A DNA stretch of 63,859 nt, filler included, from Chiloscyllium plagiosum (GCF_004010195.1; 5 parts of one record of this genome joined end to end with filler, not necessarily neighbours in it); one strand, 5' to 3'; counted from the first letter of the whole stretch, positions 50,041-63,184 are shown. A program made the numbers and translations. Notes: a model not told the origin generated them from the sequence alone.

Positions 50041-51814
50041 AGTTCTCCGTGGATTGTTACTGTAGGACAAATTCAATATTTGCAGATACCAAACCTGGAA
50101 GAACTATAAGGTTTATGGAGGACAGTGTGGAAATCCAGCAGGACAGTAACACGTTGCTGAAGTATTCAGGTTTATGGCAGATCAGGATCAATACAGACAG
50201 CGTTAGGTGACGCACCTTGGCAGGAATCTGTCTGAAAGTCAATATAAAACATTCTGTACCATTATAAAGGAGTGCAGGAAAAGAGGGCGCTGTGTGTATA
50301 CGATCACAGATTAGTGAAGTTGTCAGGACAAGTGGGGAGAGCAGTAACTATCACAGATTAGGTTCAGTATCTGAGCAGTTTACAGGAGGAGGTGTAGGAG
50401 GGAGTCTCCGTGCTCCCTTCCTGGGAGGTGGGGGAGACGATGTGTTGTGAGCCCAGCCTCCTGCCCACCGAGACCGTGGGGATTTCATTTGTATCAGCTC
50501 GATACAAAAGGGAGATGGCACCAGGGTCACGTCTTCTAAGTTGTGCCGGGGAGAAACGGAACTGCCAATGGATTTAACGTGAAAATTTCCCTTCACTGNN
50601 NNNNNNNNNNNNNNNNNNNNNNNNNNNNNNNNNNNNNNNNNNNNNNNNNNNNNNNNNNNNNNNNNNNGAGAGAGAGAGAGAGAGTGACTGAGAGAGAGAG
50701 AGAGAGACTCCAAACAGTATTGAGAGTGACGAAGCATGAGTCTTCTTCGGGGATAGGTCCTATAACACATATACAGTGAGTGTGATGGAGCAGAGAGAAT
50801 TCAGTGAGCCTTATCCTTACACAATGGGGAAGGTTATTGATGCTTGTCCTGTATTGCTGGTAATTTCCTCAGACCACAGATACTACACTGAGCTGGGTGG
50901 TGAGCTCAGACCATGCTCGGTGGGTTCGGTGGTGTGGCCCCCTTTGGGAAGAGAATGGTACCCCTCTGTACTAGCCCATCCACCAGGACCTCCTTGCCCC
51001 TGTCGACAAACCGTGGTGTAATTGCCCCTTATCTGCCATGCTCGGGGTAAACTGTTCAGGGCAGCTTCGAACTGAGAAAGCTCAACCGTGTGCACATTGG
51101 CCTTTTGAAGACCGAACCAGTACCTGGGATCACGGAATATCTAAGGTCATGGGGGTGTTCGTGAGTACCTCCAGCCATGAAGGAAAATTTTCTGGCATTG
51201 AATGAGAGGGACGCCATGGGGTGGGGTAGGTAGTTTATGCGGTGAGTTTGATAAGATGGCACCAGCAAACTAGTTCGGTCTCATGCAGACAATTCATCTG
51301 TAATACTCAGTGAAAATGTCACTGAGACAAATTAGTGTTAGATTCAACCCAATGAGTCGAAGACTCTACTCCCAGTTACAGAGCCGCAGAACAAATGCTC
51401 ATCCAAATCTCTCCATCATCTGAACTCACACCAATATCTCATTCACCCATACTTCCTGGAAACACTGGCTCACGTTGTAGGATACTGTCAAAATGTCTTC
51501 ACTTCACCATTCTGGAACCTGGCAACACATCCTTCCATGACATTGTCTCTCAGTCTCGCCCTCTCTTTCTATTCCCCAAACCCCTCCTAATTGTTGATAC
51601 TTAAACTGATTGCCCCGCCATCTCTCTCTGGCAGTGATTTTCACACCCACAGCACCCCTGTGTCATGGCACAGTGGAGATATGTGCAAGTGGATGGGAGC
51701 TGCAAATCCTGTCACTTCCAGCGTGGGCTGCAAGTTTCCCGACGCTAGGCAGTGATCTAACGCAGTGTTCTGAGAAATGTACTGGCGTGACGGACACAAT
51801 TCCAGACCCTGGTC

Positions 51815-52095
51815 ATATATCTCATCTGGGTTTATGCATCAATGCACTGCTGTGGTCTGCATACCTTTCCACTCTGGGTAGATTGTGGGTTGTATTGCAC
51901 AGTACAGCCGTCCGGTCTGCGCAGTGCTCCCTGCTGAGAACACGTGTCTCATCTGGGTTTATAGATCAATACACTGCTGAGATCTGCACAGTGTTCCACT
52001 CTGGACCGATTGCAGGGTAGTGTTCAGCAGTACACTAGCCCTGTCTGTGCAGTGGTCCGTGCTGAACATATATTTCCTCTGGGGTTATGATGTCT
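51815..52095. repeat. Degenerate ~128-bp tandem repeat
   Basis: tctcatctgggtttat..atcaat.cactgctg recurs near 51820 and 51947, and partially near 52075. Confidence 0.55.
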
Positions 52096-53304
52096 GGTCT
52101 GGTTCTGTGAGGGGGATATGAGAATGTGATTTAACTGATCCTTTCAGATGATATGGCAATGCCTTTATTTTTGTTCTCAATCATGTGATTAGGCCCGCCA
52201 AATTCTGACTTCTCCGGCCAGTCCCATTCTTCAGTCTACCTCCATAGTTCAGCAAAGTGATGGCCCATGAGTAATTGTCCAGTTTCAATGTGAATAACTG
52301 TTCTGTCTATTTCCCTAGCCTCTAACCTTGCTCACCCTGGAGTATCAGGATTCACCGCGATAAACTTCAGGAAGGTAAATCCTCAGAACCAACGCTCCAG
52401 GAAACATAGCCCCAGCCCATTCATACTCACGGTGTAGCTCAACGTCACCCGCCGCCACCACCCTGCACAACACTGTCAATATACTTGGAAATCTTTTCTG
52501 CACNNNNNNNNNNNNNNNNNNNNNNNNNNNNNNNNNNNNNNNNNNNNNNNNNNNNNNNNNNNNNNNNNNNNNNNNNNNNNNNNNNNNNNNNNNNNNNNNN
52601 NNNNNNNNNNNNNNNNNNNNNNNNNNNNNNNNNNNNNNNNNNNNNNNNNNNNNNNNNNNNNNNNNNNNNNNNNNNNNNNNNNNNNNNNNNNNNNNNNNNN
52701 NNNNNNNNNNNNNNNNNNNNNNNNNNNNNNNNNNNNNNNNNNNNNNNNNNNNNNNNNNNNNNNNNNNNNNNNNNNNNNNNNNNNNNNNNNNNNNNNNNNN
52801 NNNNNNNNNNNNNNNNNNNNNNNNNNNNNNNNNNNNNNNNNNNNNNNNNNNNNNNNNNNNNNNNNNNNNNNNNNNNNNNNNNNNNNNNNNNNNNNNNNNN
52901 NNNNNNNNNNNNNNNNNNNNNNNNNNNNNNNNNNNNNNNNNNNNNNNNNNNNNNNNNNNNNNNNNNNNNNNNNNNNNNNNNNNNNNNNNNNNNNNNNNNN
53001 NNNNNNNNNNNNNNNNNNNNNNNNNNNNNNNNNNNNNNNNNNNNNNNNNNNNNNNNNNNNNNNNNNNNNNNNNNNNNNNNNNNNNNNNNNNNNNNNNNNN
53101 NNNNNNNNNNNNNNNNNNNNNNNNNNNNNNNNNNNNNNNNNNNNNNNNNNNNNNNNNNNNNNNNNNNNNNNNNNNNNNNNNNNNNNNNNNNNNNNNNNNN
53201 NNNNNNNNNNNNNNNNNNNNNNNNNNNNNNNNNNNNNNNNNNNNNNNNNNNNNNNNNNNNNNNNNNNNNNNNNNNNNNNNNNNNNNNNNNNNNNNNNNNN
53301 TGTT

Positions 53305-54575
53305 GGCGGTAGTGAGTATAGCAGATGCGGGAGATTAGAATCAAGAGAATGGTGCTGGAAAAGCACAGTACGTCAGGCAGCATTGAGGAGCTGGAGAACC
53401 GATGTTGCAGGCAAACGTCAAATTTTCCTGCTCCTCGAATGCTACCTGACCTGTTGTGCTTTCCGAGCACCACACTCTGAACCCAGCGTATATCCCAGTT
53501 GGCCTTCTTTTTCAAAGACTGCAATTTCCCCTCCCACATGGTCCACGTTGTCATCCAGAGCATCTCACCCACTTACCGCACCTCCACCTTCGAATCCCAC
53601 CACTCCCAACACAACAGGGAAAGAACACACTGTTCCTCACCTAACATCCCACCAAACCTCCACATACAACACACTATCCTGCCCCATTTGCGCCACCTAC
53701 AAACAGACCCCACCATCAGGGATATATTTCCCTCCCCAATCCGATCAGCATTCCATAAAGAACATTCCTGGCGCGATTCCCTTGTCAGGTCCTCGCCACC
53801 CACCAACCCCCCTCGACGCCTGGCACCTTCCCCTGCCACTACAAGAATTGGAAAACCTGCACCCTCACCTCGCCCATCATCTCCTTCCAAGATGCCGAAG
53901 GATTCTTCCACATCCTTTGCAGTTTTACCTGTACTTCCACACGCGCCAACTACAATATTCGTTGCTCCTGATGTCTCCTCGACATTGGGGAGACCGGACG
54001 CCAATGTGCGGAACACTTCAGAGAACATCGCTGGGGCACCCGCACCAACGAACCCCATCACCCCGTGGCTGAACACCTTAACCACCCCCCTCCCACTCAG
54101 CCATGGACATGCAGGTCCTGGGCCTCCTCCACCGCCAAATTTTAACCACCCGACGCCTGGAGGAAGAAAGACTCATCTTCTGCATTGCAACCCTGCAACC
54201 ACATGGAATCAATGTGGATTTCACCAGTTTTCTCATTTCCCCTACCCGCACCTTATCCCAGACCCAACCTTCCAAATCAGCACCGCCCCCATGACCTGTC
54301 CTACTTTTCCATCTTCCTTCCCATCTATCTGCTCCACCCTCCTCTCTGACATAGCACCTCCAATCCCTACTTCATCTACCTATCACATTATCAGCTACCT
54401 TCCCCAACCCCATCCCTTTCCCATTTATCTCTCACTCCCCTTGGGCCACAAGCATCATTCGTGATGAAGGGCTTACACAAGAAATTTCGGTGCTCCTCTG
54501 ATGAAGCCTGACCTTCCGTGCTTTTCCAGCACCTCATTCTCGACTCTGATCTCCAGCATCTGCAATCCTCACTTT
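53305..54575 (+). mobile_element. Penelope-like element, family 1, with inverted 5' terminal segment
   Basis: Inverted terminus at 53305-53480; body SAFHKEHSWRDSLVRS and DMQVLGLLH...RRLEEERLIF...LQPHGINVDF. Confidence 0.9.
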
Positions 54576-54958
54576 AATGTATACCGAAATTTCCCCACCA
54601 GACATTTTATGCGGCTGGTCTGTTAATTTATCCTGTTTCGTTTGTAAACAGAGAGGGGCATATGCAGCCCTGCAGTGCTCTGGCAACACTCTCGCATAGA
54701 AGGAAAAAGTTTAAAGAAAGGAAAGATTTAAAAGTAACCATCATCTATTCCATCGAGACTGAGTAAATATTACCTTTCATTATGATACGAGACTTTATGT
54801 AAGGAAGGGATTTACTGAGCCTGTTTGTTTGGTGACTGTGATTAATATCAGTCTCCATGGATTCTAATTATCCCCGTGGAGAGTTCTCATCTTTTAATGA
54901 TAAATGGCCACCGTTCAATGTGTTATGTCTAAGTGTGAGTGAGAATTGCATCGACAGC

Positions 54959-55178
54959 ATGAACAGAGATCAGCAGCTCCAGATGGAGAACGGGAGGAGA
55001 CATCATAATCTGAGAACATTAGACTGGAATGTTCCAACAATGGACAGGGGTTTATCTGATTGCGTTTGGTCTCTTTCTACATATTATGATTGGTTGTCAT
55101 TATCAACGCGGATCTATTATGTTCTTTGGATTATTCAAAATTTTTATTATCCTCTCCTGCCAATCGTTGGTGTTCCTG
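54959..55178 (+). pseudogene. GPR139/GPR142-like GPCR exon 1, copy C, splice donor mutated
   Basis: NLRTLDWNVPTMDR...RIYYVLWIIQNFYYPLLPIVGVP is followed by CTAAGT (55179) where copy B has GTAAGT; in-frame ATGs at 54959, 54983 and 55040. Confidence 0.7.
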
Positions 55179-55509
55179 CTAAGTCTCACTATCCAGATAT
55201 GTTTCTTTTTTATAAACCTACATGAGTGTGTTACTGTTTTCTCTCATGTAGTCTTCATTTCTTGCCATTATTATTGTTCATGTTGAGACTCTGAATTCAA
55301 ATATTCACTCTGCACCAGGGAACTTGTTCAATTACTGGCTCCCTCCTTGATTCTGGCAGTGTTACTCATGGGTTTCTATGTTGACCTACTCAGTTTCAGA
55401 TGTGAACCATTGTCTCCCTGTCCTTGTTATTTAAATATTGGGAGTGTGGAGATCATTGTCCTCTATTATGTTTACAAACTCCATTTCCTTCATGGGACTC
55501 CATCCCATG

Positions 55510-55790
55510 CCTGCCCAATACCTTTTTATTAATTCGTTTGAGGGACTTGGGCATCGCTGGCTGGTCACATTAATAGCTCATTCCTATTTGCCCATGAGAA
55601 GGTGATGGTGGCCTCTTGAATCACTGCAGTCTACTTGCTGTGGGTTGACCCACAATGACATTAGGGAGGTCATTCCAGGACCCTGACCTAACGACTGTGA
55701 AGGAACAGTATTATAGTTCCAAGTCAGGGTGGTGAGCGGCTTGGAGGGGAGCTTACAGGTGGTGTTTGACACAGACGAATCACATGTATG
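55510..55790 (-). mobile_element. 3' end of LINE, 16090-18800 family
   Basis: Aligns with ~16090-16330. Confidence 0.7.
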
Positions 55791-56229
55791 GTGATCCCTT
55801 TGGCCATGAGCTGATTCCTGACACCATGCCCTGACCATGATTAACTTTAACTACTCACTACTCCAGAATGTACTTCACTGGCTTAACTCATCTACTGTTT
55901 GAACTTTGAGCTGTGAAATACAGACTGAATGATAACAACAATCTGCTGCTGTCACTCTCGGGTTGAAACCTTCGCACTCATACCAAAATCCCATCAATCT
56001 TACATTCCTATGCACGCTGATCTATATCGCTATTGTATATGGCAATGTCTTTATTTTGATGTTGTTGAGCAGTTAACTCATCTGTCCATGAAAGTTCCCA
56101 CAGTCTCTCTGTGTCGATTATCCAAATCCCTAACAGTTGTCCATATTTAACCTGGTTTCCGTTAAGTGTATTTTCTCTCAAACAATGATTTTCACATTCA
56201 ACCACATCAAAGGCACGACCCCCCCCCCC

Positions 56230-56261
<32 letters not shown>

Positions 56262-57016
56262 TATACTGATCCAATGGAGATAGAAATCTTCCTGCTGTGT
56301 GTATTTGATGTGTGTATCGTTCGCATGTGAAAGCAAAGTTTTGCAATACTCCCCATGCTGGGCAGATAAACCAGTTTACTGAGCAAAACACTAGCATGGC
56401 CTGCACAGCTCTCCGTGTTAGTCTGTCATCTTCTCCCAGTTTCTGTTGTTTGAAGTGTTCTGTGAAGCCGATTTAGAATTTGATGAAACAAACCATTTCA
56501 GCTGATCTGAAAATACGTATATTCAATGTTCTCATTCTTGTAATTTTGCTCTCTAATGGGTCAGTCCTCCAGTTAGTCCCACTACCCAATCTTTTTTCTC
56601 CTTATTTCCACGACATGTTCTCAGTTAATGGACTGTCTGTTTCTGTCTTTAATGTGAATCGTTCTGTCGCTCTGTATCTTTCCCTGGCCTTGGTTTTTGG
56701 GTCCCTAGTGTCTCGAGTGCTGACATTGTGAAGCTCAGCAACAGTGAAAGGGTGTGTATCAGGCTGTTGTTCACTTCCTGGTGTGTCCCATGTGGTATTC
56801 CATGTCGGGGGTGGGGGTGTGTGTAGGTTTGTAGTTCACTTACTGGTGTGCCCCATGTGGTGCTCCATTTTGGATAGGGGATTCAGCATCTTTGACTCAC
56901 GTCTTTGAAAGATAGTCTGTGCCTGTCCACTGAACGTGTGACGAATGTGTTTGCTCTCTGAGCTGATAATGTGGTCAATAATACGAGTTATTGTAAAGGA
57001 CCAGGTATCTAACATC

Positions 57017-57647
57017 TCTGACAACGCTGTCACTTTAAAAAAAAGGTTCCTTGCTCCTTTTCTTTAAAGAGAAATATTAAGGGCCAAACTGCCTACTGCA
57101 TACGGCTGAAGTAAATAACTTAGGAGGCTTTTAGTTTTTTTTAAATATAAATCGTGATAACAATCGTTAGTTCGCACAGACCAGGCTTTCCAGTTTTTCT
57201 GAGGTGTAACAACGACCAGGTGACTGGGGAGGGAGAAGGGTTGGATCGTTGAAGTAAATGATCCCTCGCTGCTATTCTGTCTGAAATCTATCTTAATGCT
57301 GTTTCCTCCTGGACTGGAGAATTGCATTCGTGACTGATTGGCCTTGGATGTATCTTTTCCCAAGTGATGAGTTTATTGGATGTTAGTACATTGAAATAGT
57401 TCGTTAGTAGACGGTACTGTATCTATTATTCTATTAAGGCTTCCGGTAGTTCTGTTATTCTAAACTCCTCTTCTTTTTGTATGTGATTTTATTAGTGATT
57501 AAATAAATTGTGTTTTGCCTAATGTTGAGTGGTTTGACCAGCCACATCACATCTGGAACACTAGCTTCACATCTACCTTTCCTGTAAGACAAGTTTTAAT
57601 GTTAATGCTACCATTTATTTTCAGGCAGTCTGGTCTGTTTCATAGCA
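57017..57647 (+). mobile_element. Gypsy 5' LTR
   Basis: Homologous to solo LTR 6832-7740; ends CA; followed by TGGGGACTC (57651), resembling a tRNA-Pro PBS (TGGGGGCTC), then gag. Confidence 0.7.
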
Positions 57648-57699
57648 AACTGGGGACTCTTGTCAGTTTCGAAAATGATAATTCGAAATTGGGTTCAGA

Positions 57700-57952
57700 T
57701 TTAGTATCCCTACAGTGTGGAAACAGGCCATTTGTCCCAAAATGTCTACACCAACCACCGAAGAAGAAATCTCCCAGACCCATTCCCCTACCCTGGTACT
57801 CCATATTCACCCCGACTAATGTACTTTATCTACACATCCCAGAACAGTGCAGGCAATTTAACATGGCCAATTTACCTAATCTGCACATCTTTGGGCTGTG
57901 GGAGGAAAACGGAGTACCCAGAGGAAACCCACACGGGCATGAGGAGAATGTC
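57700..57952 (-). mobile_element. HE1/V-SINE-type SINE in the Gypsy leader
   Basis: Same core as 7013-7292. Confidence 0.85.
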
Positions 57953-58053
57953 CATAAGGAGATTGTTGGGCTCAAAGGCAGCGTCTGGGTAGTTGTTAGT
58001 GTCTTTTGTTCCGGGTGTTGAATTCAGTTGGTTTGAACACTGTTTTGTTGCTA

Positions 58054-59070
58054 ATGGTTCTTCTGTCTCTGAGCATTATCTGGGCGTGGAAGAAGTGAAG
58101 TTGGAAACTTGACAAATGGTGAGCAAGACAAAGCTGTTAGAATTGGTAGACAAGCTGGAGTTAGGTTTGTGTTAATCTGTGAGAAAAGGAGAGATAATTA
58201 CAGCTATAGCTTGGCATTTAATATTTGGTAGAAACATCATCAGAGTCTTTGGAAATGGTTAGGGTTCAATTGCAGATGAGGCAGCTTGAACATGAAAAGG
58301 AATTAAAACAGTTTGAAATATGATTATAAGTAGAATTCAACGAAAAGGAGATGAAGAAAAAAGACAGAAAAAGAAAGAAGAAAAACAGAAAGGGAGAGAG
58401 TTTCAACTTCAAAAGTTAGCAATTAGAGAAGACAGTCGATTTAGAAGGCGGAGATGAAGGTAGAGAGTAGGCTGAAATGAGGAGGATAGTGAGGATGAGC
58501 AATCCTATGGTAGCCAAACGCCTGATATGGATCTGGTTCAATATATTTCCAGGCATTGCCGACATTTGATGAGAAGGATGTACAAGCCTTTTTAATTTCA
58601 TTTCAGAAAGTGGCTAAAGGAATGCAGTGGACAGTGACTATGTGGATTTAGTTGATCCAAACAGAGCTAATAGGTATCAGAAGTGAGGTATTTGCATCCT
58701 TATCAGAGAAGGTAACTTGGTGAGGGGTTGGGATTGGGGGGGGGTTTATGAGAAGGTAAAGAAAGCCAACTGAAGTGCATATGAGCTTGTGCCAGAAGCC
58801 AACTGACAGCATTTCAGGGATCTAAAAAAAGGCTCCCTGTTAAAACGTGCATTGAATTTTAAAAATTCAAACAAAGTAGTTTTGAAAAGTGGATAAGGGC
58901 ACTAAAAGCAAAGCAAACTTATCACACCCTTAGAGAAATTCTTATTTGGGAGGAGTCCAAATATTCACTTCCTGCAGTCGTGAGACTCACGTGGAAGAGC
59001 AAAGAGTTAAAATGGCAAGACTAGAAGCTGAAATGACTGACGATGATCAGTTGGTCCATAAATCAAAGTT
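58054..59070 (+). mobile_element. Decayed Gypsy (Gmr1-like) gag with SCAN-related capsid region
   Basis: Across frameshifts: KTKLLELVDKLEL, LPTFDEKDVQAFLISFQKVAK.MQW, YEKVKKA..SAYELVPEA and THVEEQRV; stops present. Confidence 0.85.
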
Positions 59071-59329
59071 TGTCTTCTGTGAGGGATTGAGAAGACTGTG
59101 CGAGATCTTCTTAAAACATACCCCTGGGAGAATAAGATTAACTGGCAAAAGCTGAGAAATGAGGTAGTATGTCATTCAGAAAGACGATGAGTGAGATGAG
59201 AAGTGCTCCATTACGTAACGTGTGGTTGGAGTGTCCAGTGAAACCATCAACAAAAATATTTCACAATTAGGAAGGAGGCCTTGAGCTTGGTGTTGACGTT
59301 TCAACATTTCAGCATTTACATTGCCAATA

Positions 59330-60919
59330 ACATGCCTGAGCAAAATCAATATACTGATTATAACGTCTATTAGATTTCGGACAAATTTAGGGAGAATACT
59401 TCCAGACTGTTCAGATAGAGGTTACGACTGTTGCCATTCAATTTGGAAGTTATACAGGTGACAGGACGAGAAACTGTACTTGCGAACAAGTTGTTAATAA
59501 GGGAACAACACCGTTTCTGCCGTCGCCGCAGCCACTTCCGCCCCGGGGTTGCCGTCGCCGCAGCCACTTCCGCCCCCCTGGGACGTCACTCACCTGCACA
59601 ATGACCACGCTGCATGCGTCTCCGTCACCACACGTAACCCCGCCCCCACGCCGATCTCCGTGCAAACGCCTAACCCCGCCCCCACGCCTCACTCAGTCCC
59701 CGCCCCCACGCCTAACTCCGCCCCCACACCAAACCCGCCCCCACTCCCAGCTCCAGCCCCACACCAGGTCCTAGGTCCCAGGTCCTAGGTCCAAGGTCCT
59801 AGCTCCCAGCCCTGCCAGATTTTCACCATCCCTCCAGATCTACCCCTCTCTGTGGATGAAAGATCAGTCCTCAGTAGAGGTCTCGCCTTCATTCCCATAC
59901 GCTCTCAAATTAACGAGTTCAACATGTGGCAAGACATCGAACAATTCTTCCACCGCCTTCGCCTCCGCGCATACTTCTTCAACCAGGATTCTCGCCCACC
60001 CTCTGACGACCCTTTCTCCCACCTCCAACACACCCCATCCACCTGGACACCCCGTGCTGGCCTCTTACCCGCCCTCGATCTCTTCATAGCCAACTGCCTC
60101 TGCGACATTAACCGCCTCAACCTGTCCACCCCCTCACCCACTCCAAACTCTCACCCTCGCAACGTGCAGCCCTCCACTCCCTCCGCTCCAACCCCAACCT
60201 CACCATCAAACCGGCAGACAAGGGAGGTGCAGTGACAGGTTGGCACACCGATCTTTACACCACTGAGGGTAAACGCCAGCCCGCGGACACCTCCACCTAT
60301 TGCCCCCTTGACCATGACTCCACCTCCCACCACTAAACCGTCATCTCCTAGACCATCCATAACCTCATCTCCTCAGGGGACCTCCCACCCACAGCCTCCA
60401 ACCTCATAGTCCCACAACCAAACAACGCCCGTTTCTACCACCTGCCCAAAATTCACAAACGTGACTGCACCGGCCGAACCATTGTCTCAGCCTGCTCCTG
60501 CCCCTCCGAACTTATCTCTGCATACCTCAACACGGTCCTGCCCCCTTAGTCCAAGACCTCCCCACCTATGTTCGGGGCACCACCCACGCCCTCCACCTCC
60601 TCCATGATTTTCGCTTCCCTGGTCCCCAACACCTTATCTTCACCATGGACATCCAGTCCCTGTACACCTCCATCCCCCATCACGAAGGACTGAAAGCCCT
60701 CCGCTTCTTCCTTTCCCGTCATACCAACCAGTACCCTTCCACTGACACCCTCCTTCGACTAACTGAACTGGTCCTCAATCTGAACAACTTATCTTTCCCA
60801 TCCTCCCAGTTCCTTCAAACCAAAGAAGTAACCGGGGACACCCGCATGGGCCCCAGCTATGCCTGCCTCTTTGTAGGATATGTGGAACAGTCCATCTTCC
60901 ACAGCTACACTGGCACCAC
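59330..60919 (+). mobile_element. Penelope-like element 5' part and RT
   Basis: ERSVLSRGLAFIP, IKPADKGGAV, FYHLPKIHK, MDIQSLYTSIPH and MGPSYACLFVG; GC-rich tandem repeats at 59518-59800. Confidence 0.92.
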
Positions 60920-61019
60920 NNNNNNNNNNNNNNNNNNNNNNNNNNNNNNNNNNNNNNNNNNNNTTAATTAATTAANNNNNNNNNNNNNNNNNNNNNNNNN
61001 NNNNNNNNNNNNNNNNNNN
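60920..61019. other. Artificial assembly spacer
   Basis: 44N-TTAATTAATTAA-44N. Confidence 0.95.
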
Positions 61020-63184
61020 CCTTCTTCAGGAGTTTTTACTGGAACCGAATGGAGACTGTTACTTCATTGCTGTTGTGAAAAAAGTCCTGCAGTGACTCTA
61101 CTGGTCGTTATTTGGTTTTCTGGCGAATGGGAAAATAATTCCAATGAATTGAGACTTCATATGTTCTTAAATTTCTCCAATTTCCTTAATTTCTGTCCTG
61201 GAGACATTGGAACGGAAAGGTAATCTAACCGAGACTGTGATTGGTGAAATTCACTTTTTATGGCCCATTCTTATTATATTCTTTCTTTCTCTCTTTTCAG
61301 CATTGTCTGGGAAGTGGTGGTGCACTAGTGCTGCAATATGTTTGAAAGAGTAGTTTGGAATTGCCCTGTTGTTAGTTGTGAGATTACTTTATGGCTCATG
61401 CCCCCGGACTGTCTCACATTTAGCATCGTGCTTCGCTGTGTCTGAAAATGTATTTGGTTTGCCAGTTTTGTTTGTGTTCCGTGTTAAATGCTTTCTGTTT
61501 TGCGATTCGCTCAATACATTACGTGTTAACAGGGTTTCTGAGGTAACGTCCAGCAGCAAACATCCTCAACTGAGGATCTGGGAATATTTCGTTGAGTATG
61601 GTTAGTCGGGGCAAACGTAAGGAAGTTTTTCGGTTCTACAGTGTTTCACAATACTACCTTTCCCGTGAGCAGTCGAACAGACTAAAATATTGTGCCACAG
61701 CGAGCGATGGCAAGCAAGGAAAATTAGGAATTGTTTGGGAACAAGAATTCTTTCGAGGGAATACGAAACATGGGGAGGGGGAAGAATAAGTCTTCTGAGA
61801 CAGAAATTGAAATAGAAGTGGCCGAGACTGGATGTTCTGAGAGAAAATGCGAAACAGGAGACGGAGAGAATTGGAAAAACTGTTGGCAGGATGGGAGATC
61901 TGAGGCTGAATGGTAAATATAGATGTGAGGGGGAATGGGAGTTCTGAGTGGGAATGGGATACAGGGGAGTGGGATGAAATAGAAATTCTGAAAGGTAATT
62001 GGAAACGGCAGTGGTAGAGAATGGGAATTCTGAAGTGGAATTGGAAATAAAATGTGGGAAAGTATAAGAATTCTGTGAAGGCATGGGACATATGTCTGGG
62101 CTTGGTGGATGAGCAATGGGGAATGCAGGTACACAGCTGGGGGAGAGGGCTCTGGTTTGTCTTTTCTTCGGAGGTTTGATGTGGACTCAAAAGGCCAAAA
62201 GGGCTGCTTTGATAATTTCCCAAATCTCTGATTATCGATCACTGCCCCAGCTCCGTTCTTCCACTGCAGAAACCTCGTCAATGCCTTTCTTACTTCCAGA
62301 CTTGACGATTGTATTGTACTACCTGTTCTATTCCAGAAAGCCGGTTAGTGAAGGATAGAACCAATCATTGCACCACTTAAGTTAATGTACATGGTTATAC
62401 ATTGCAGGCGAGGGATTTGTATTCCTTTAATTACAGTCTTTGAGCATTTCAATTTTAATGGCTCCATTAATGGAAGAGCCTTCAGTTGCTAAGACAGTAA
62501 CCTCTTTAATTCCTTCCCTGAACTTTGCCTCTGTCTATGTCACTTTCCTCCTTCAATACACTCAAACTGTATGAAATATTTCACATCTGCTCTTGGATAT
62601 CTATGAGGCTCAGTAATATGTTTTATTCTATTTCTGTGGAGCTACTTGGCTTGTTTTGTCACATGAAAGATTTGTTGGAAATGCACGTTTTTAAAGATAG
62701 AACAGGTGACTGCGAAATAAAATGGCCACAGTAAATTTCAAAAGTGATGACTATGCTTGAAACATCGCAAATTTAAGATGCGCAGATATGATGGGTGTGT
62801 ACATGCACTTCTTTTAAAAACACTATTTGAAAAGGTATCATCCATAAGATTAATTGGCACGGAATTAAGGCAGGAATAGAAAACTGGATTTAAACGGAAG
62901 GGTGGAAATTTGAAAAAGGACTTGTGGAAGTTCCAGAGTGGTTCACGTAAGCAGTGGTGTCTGGTAGGGTTGCTTCTCAGAGCACTTTTCTTTTCGGTGT
63001 TAATTTAATAATTTTATTATGTTCCGTTGAAGAATGTGGCGTTGAAAATCAGAATATTGTAAAACAAAAAGTATGATTAGTGTTTTGGAATAGTTAAGGA
63101 AGCTGTTATGAGATTTGTGAAGAAGCAGGAATTGTTTAAAGATGACAGGTAGAATTGTGTTGGCGGGTGCGTGTGTGACAAGAG

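Noticed and set aside
13213..53572. Long ORFs at 13213, 21071/21118 and 52445-53572
   Set aside because: Their length comes from N runs translated as X.
61602..62281. 160-189 aa minus-strand ORFs
   Set aside because: All three frames are open because of strand purine bias; low-complexity F/S/P/L peptides with no recognisable domain.
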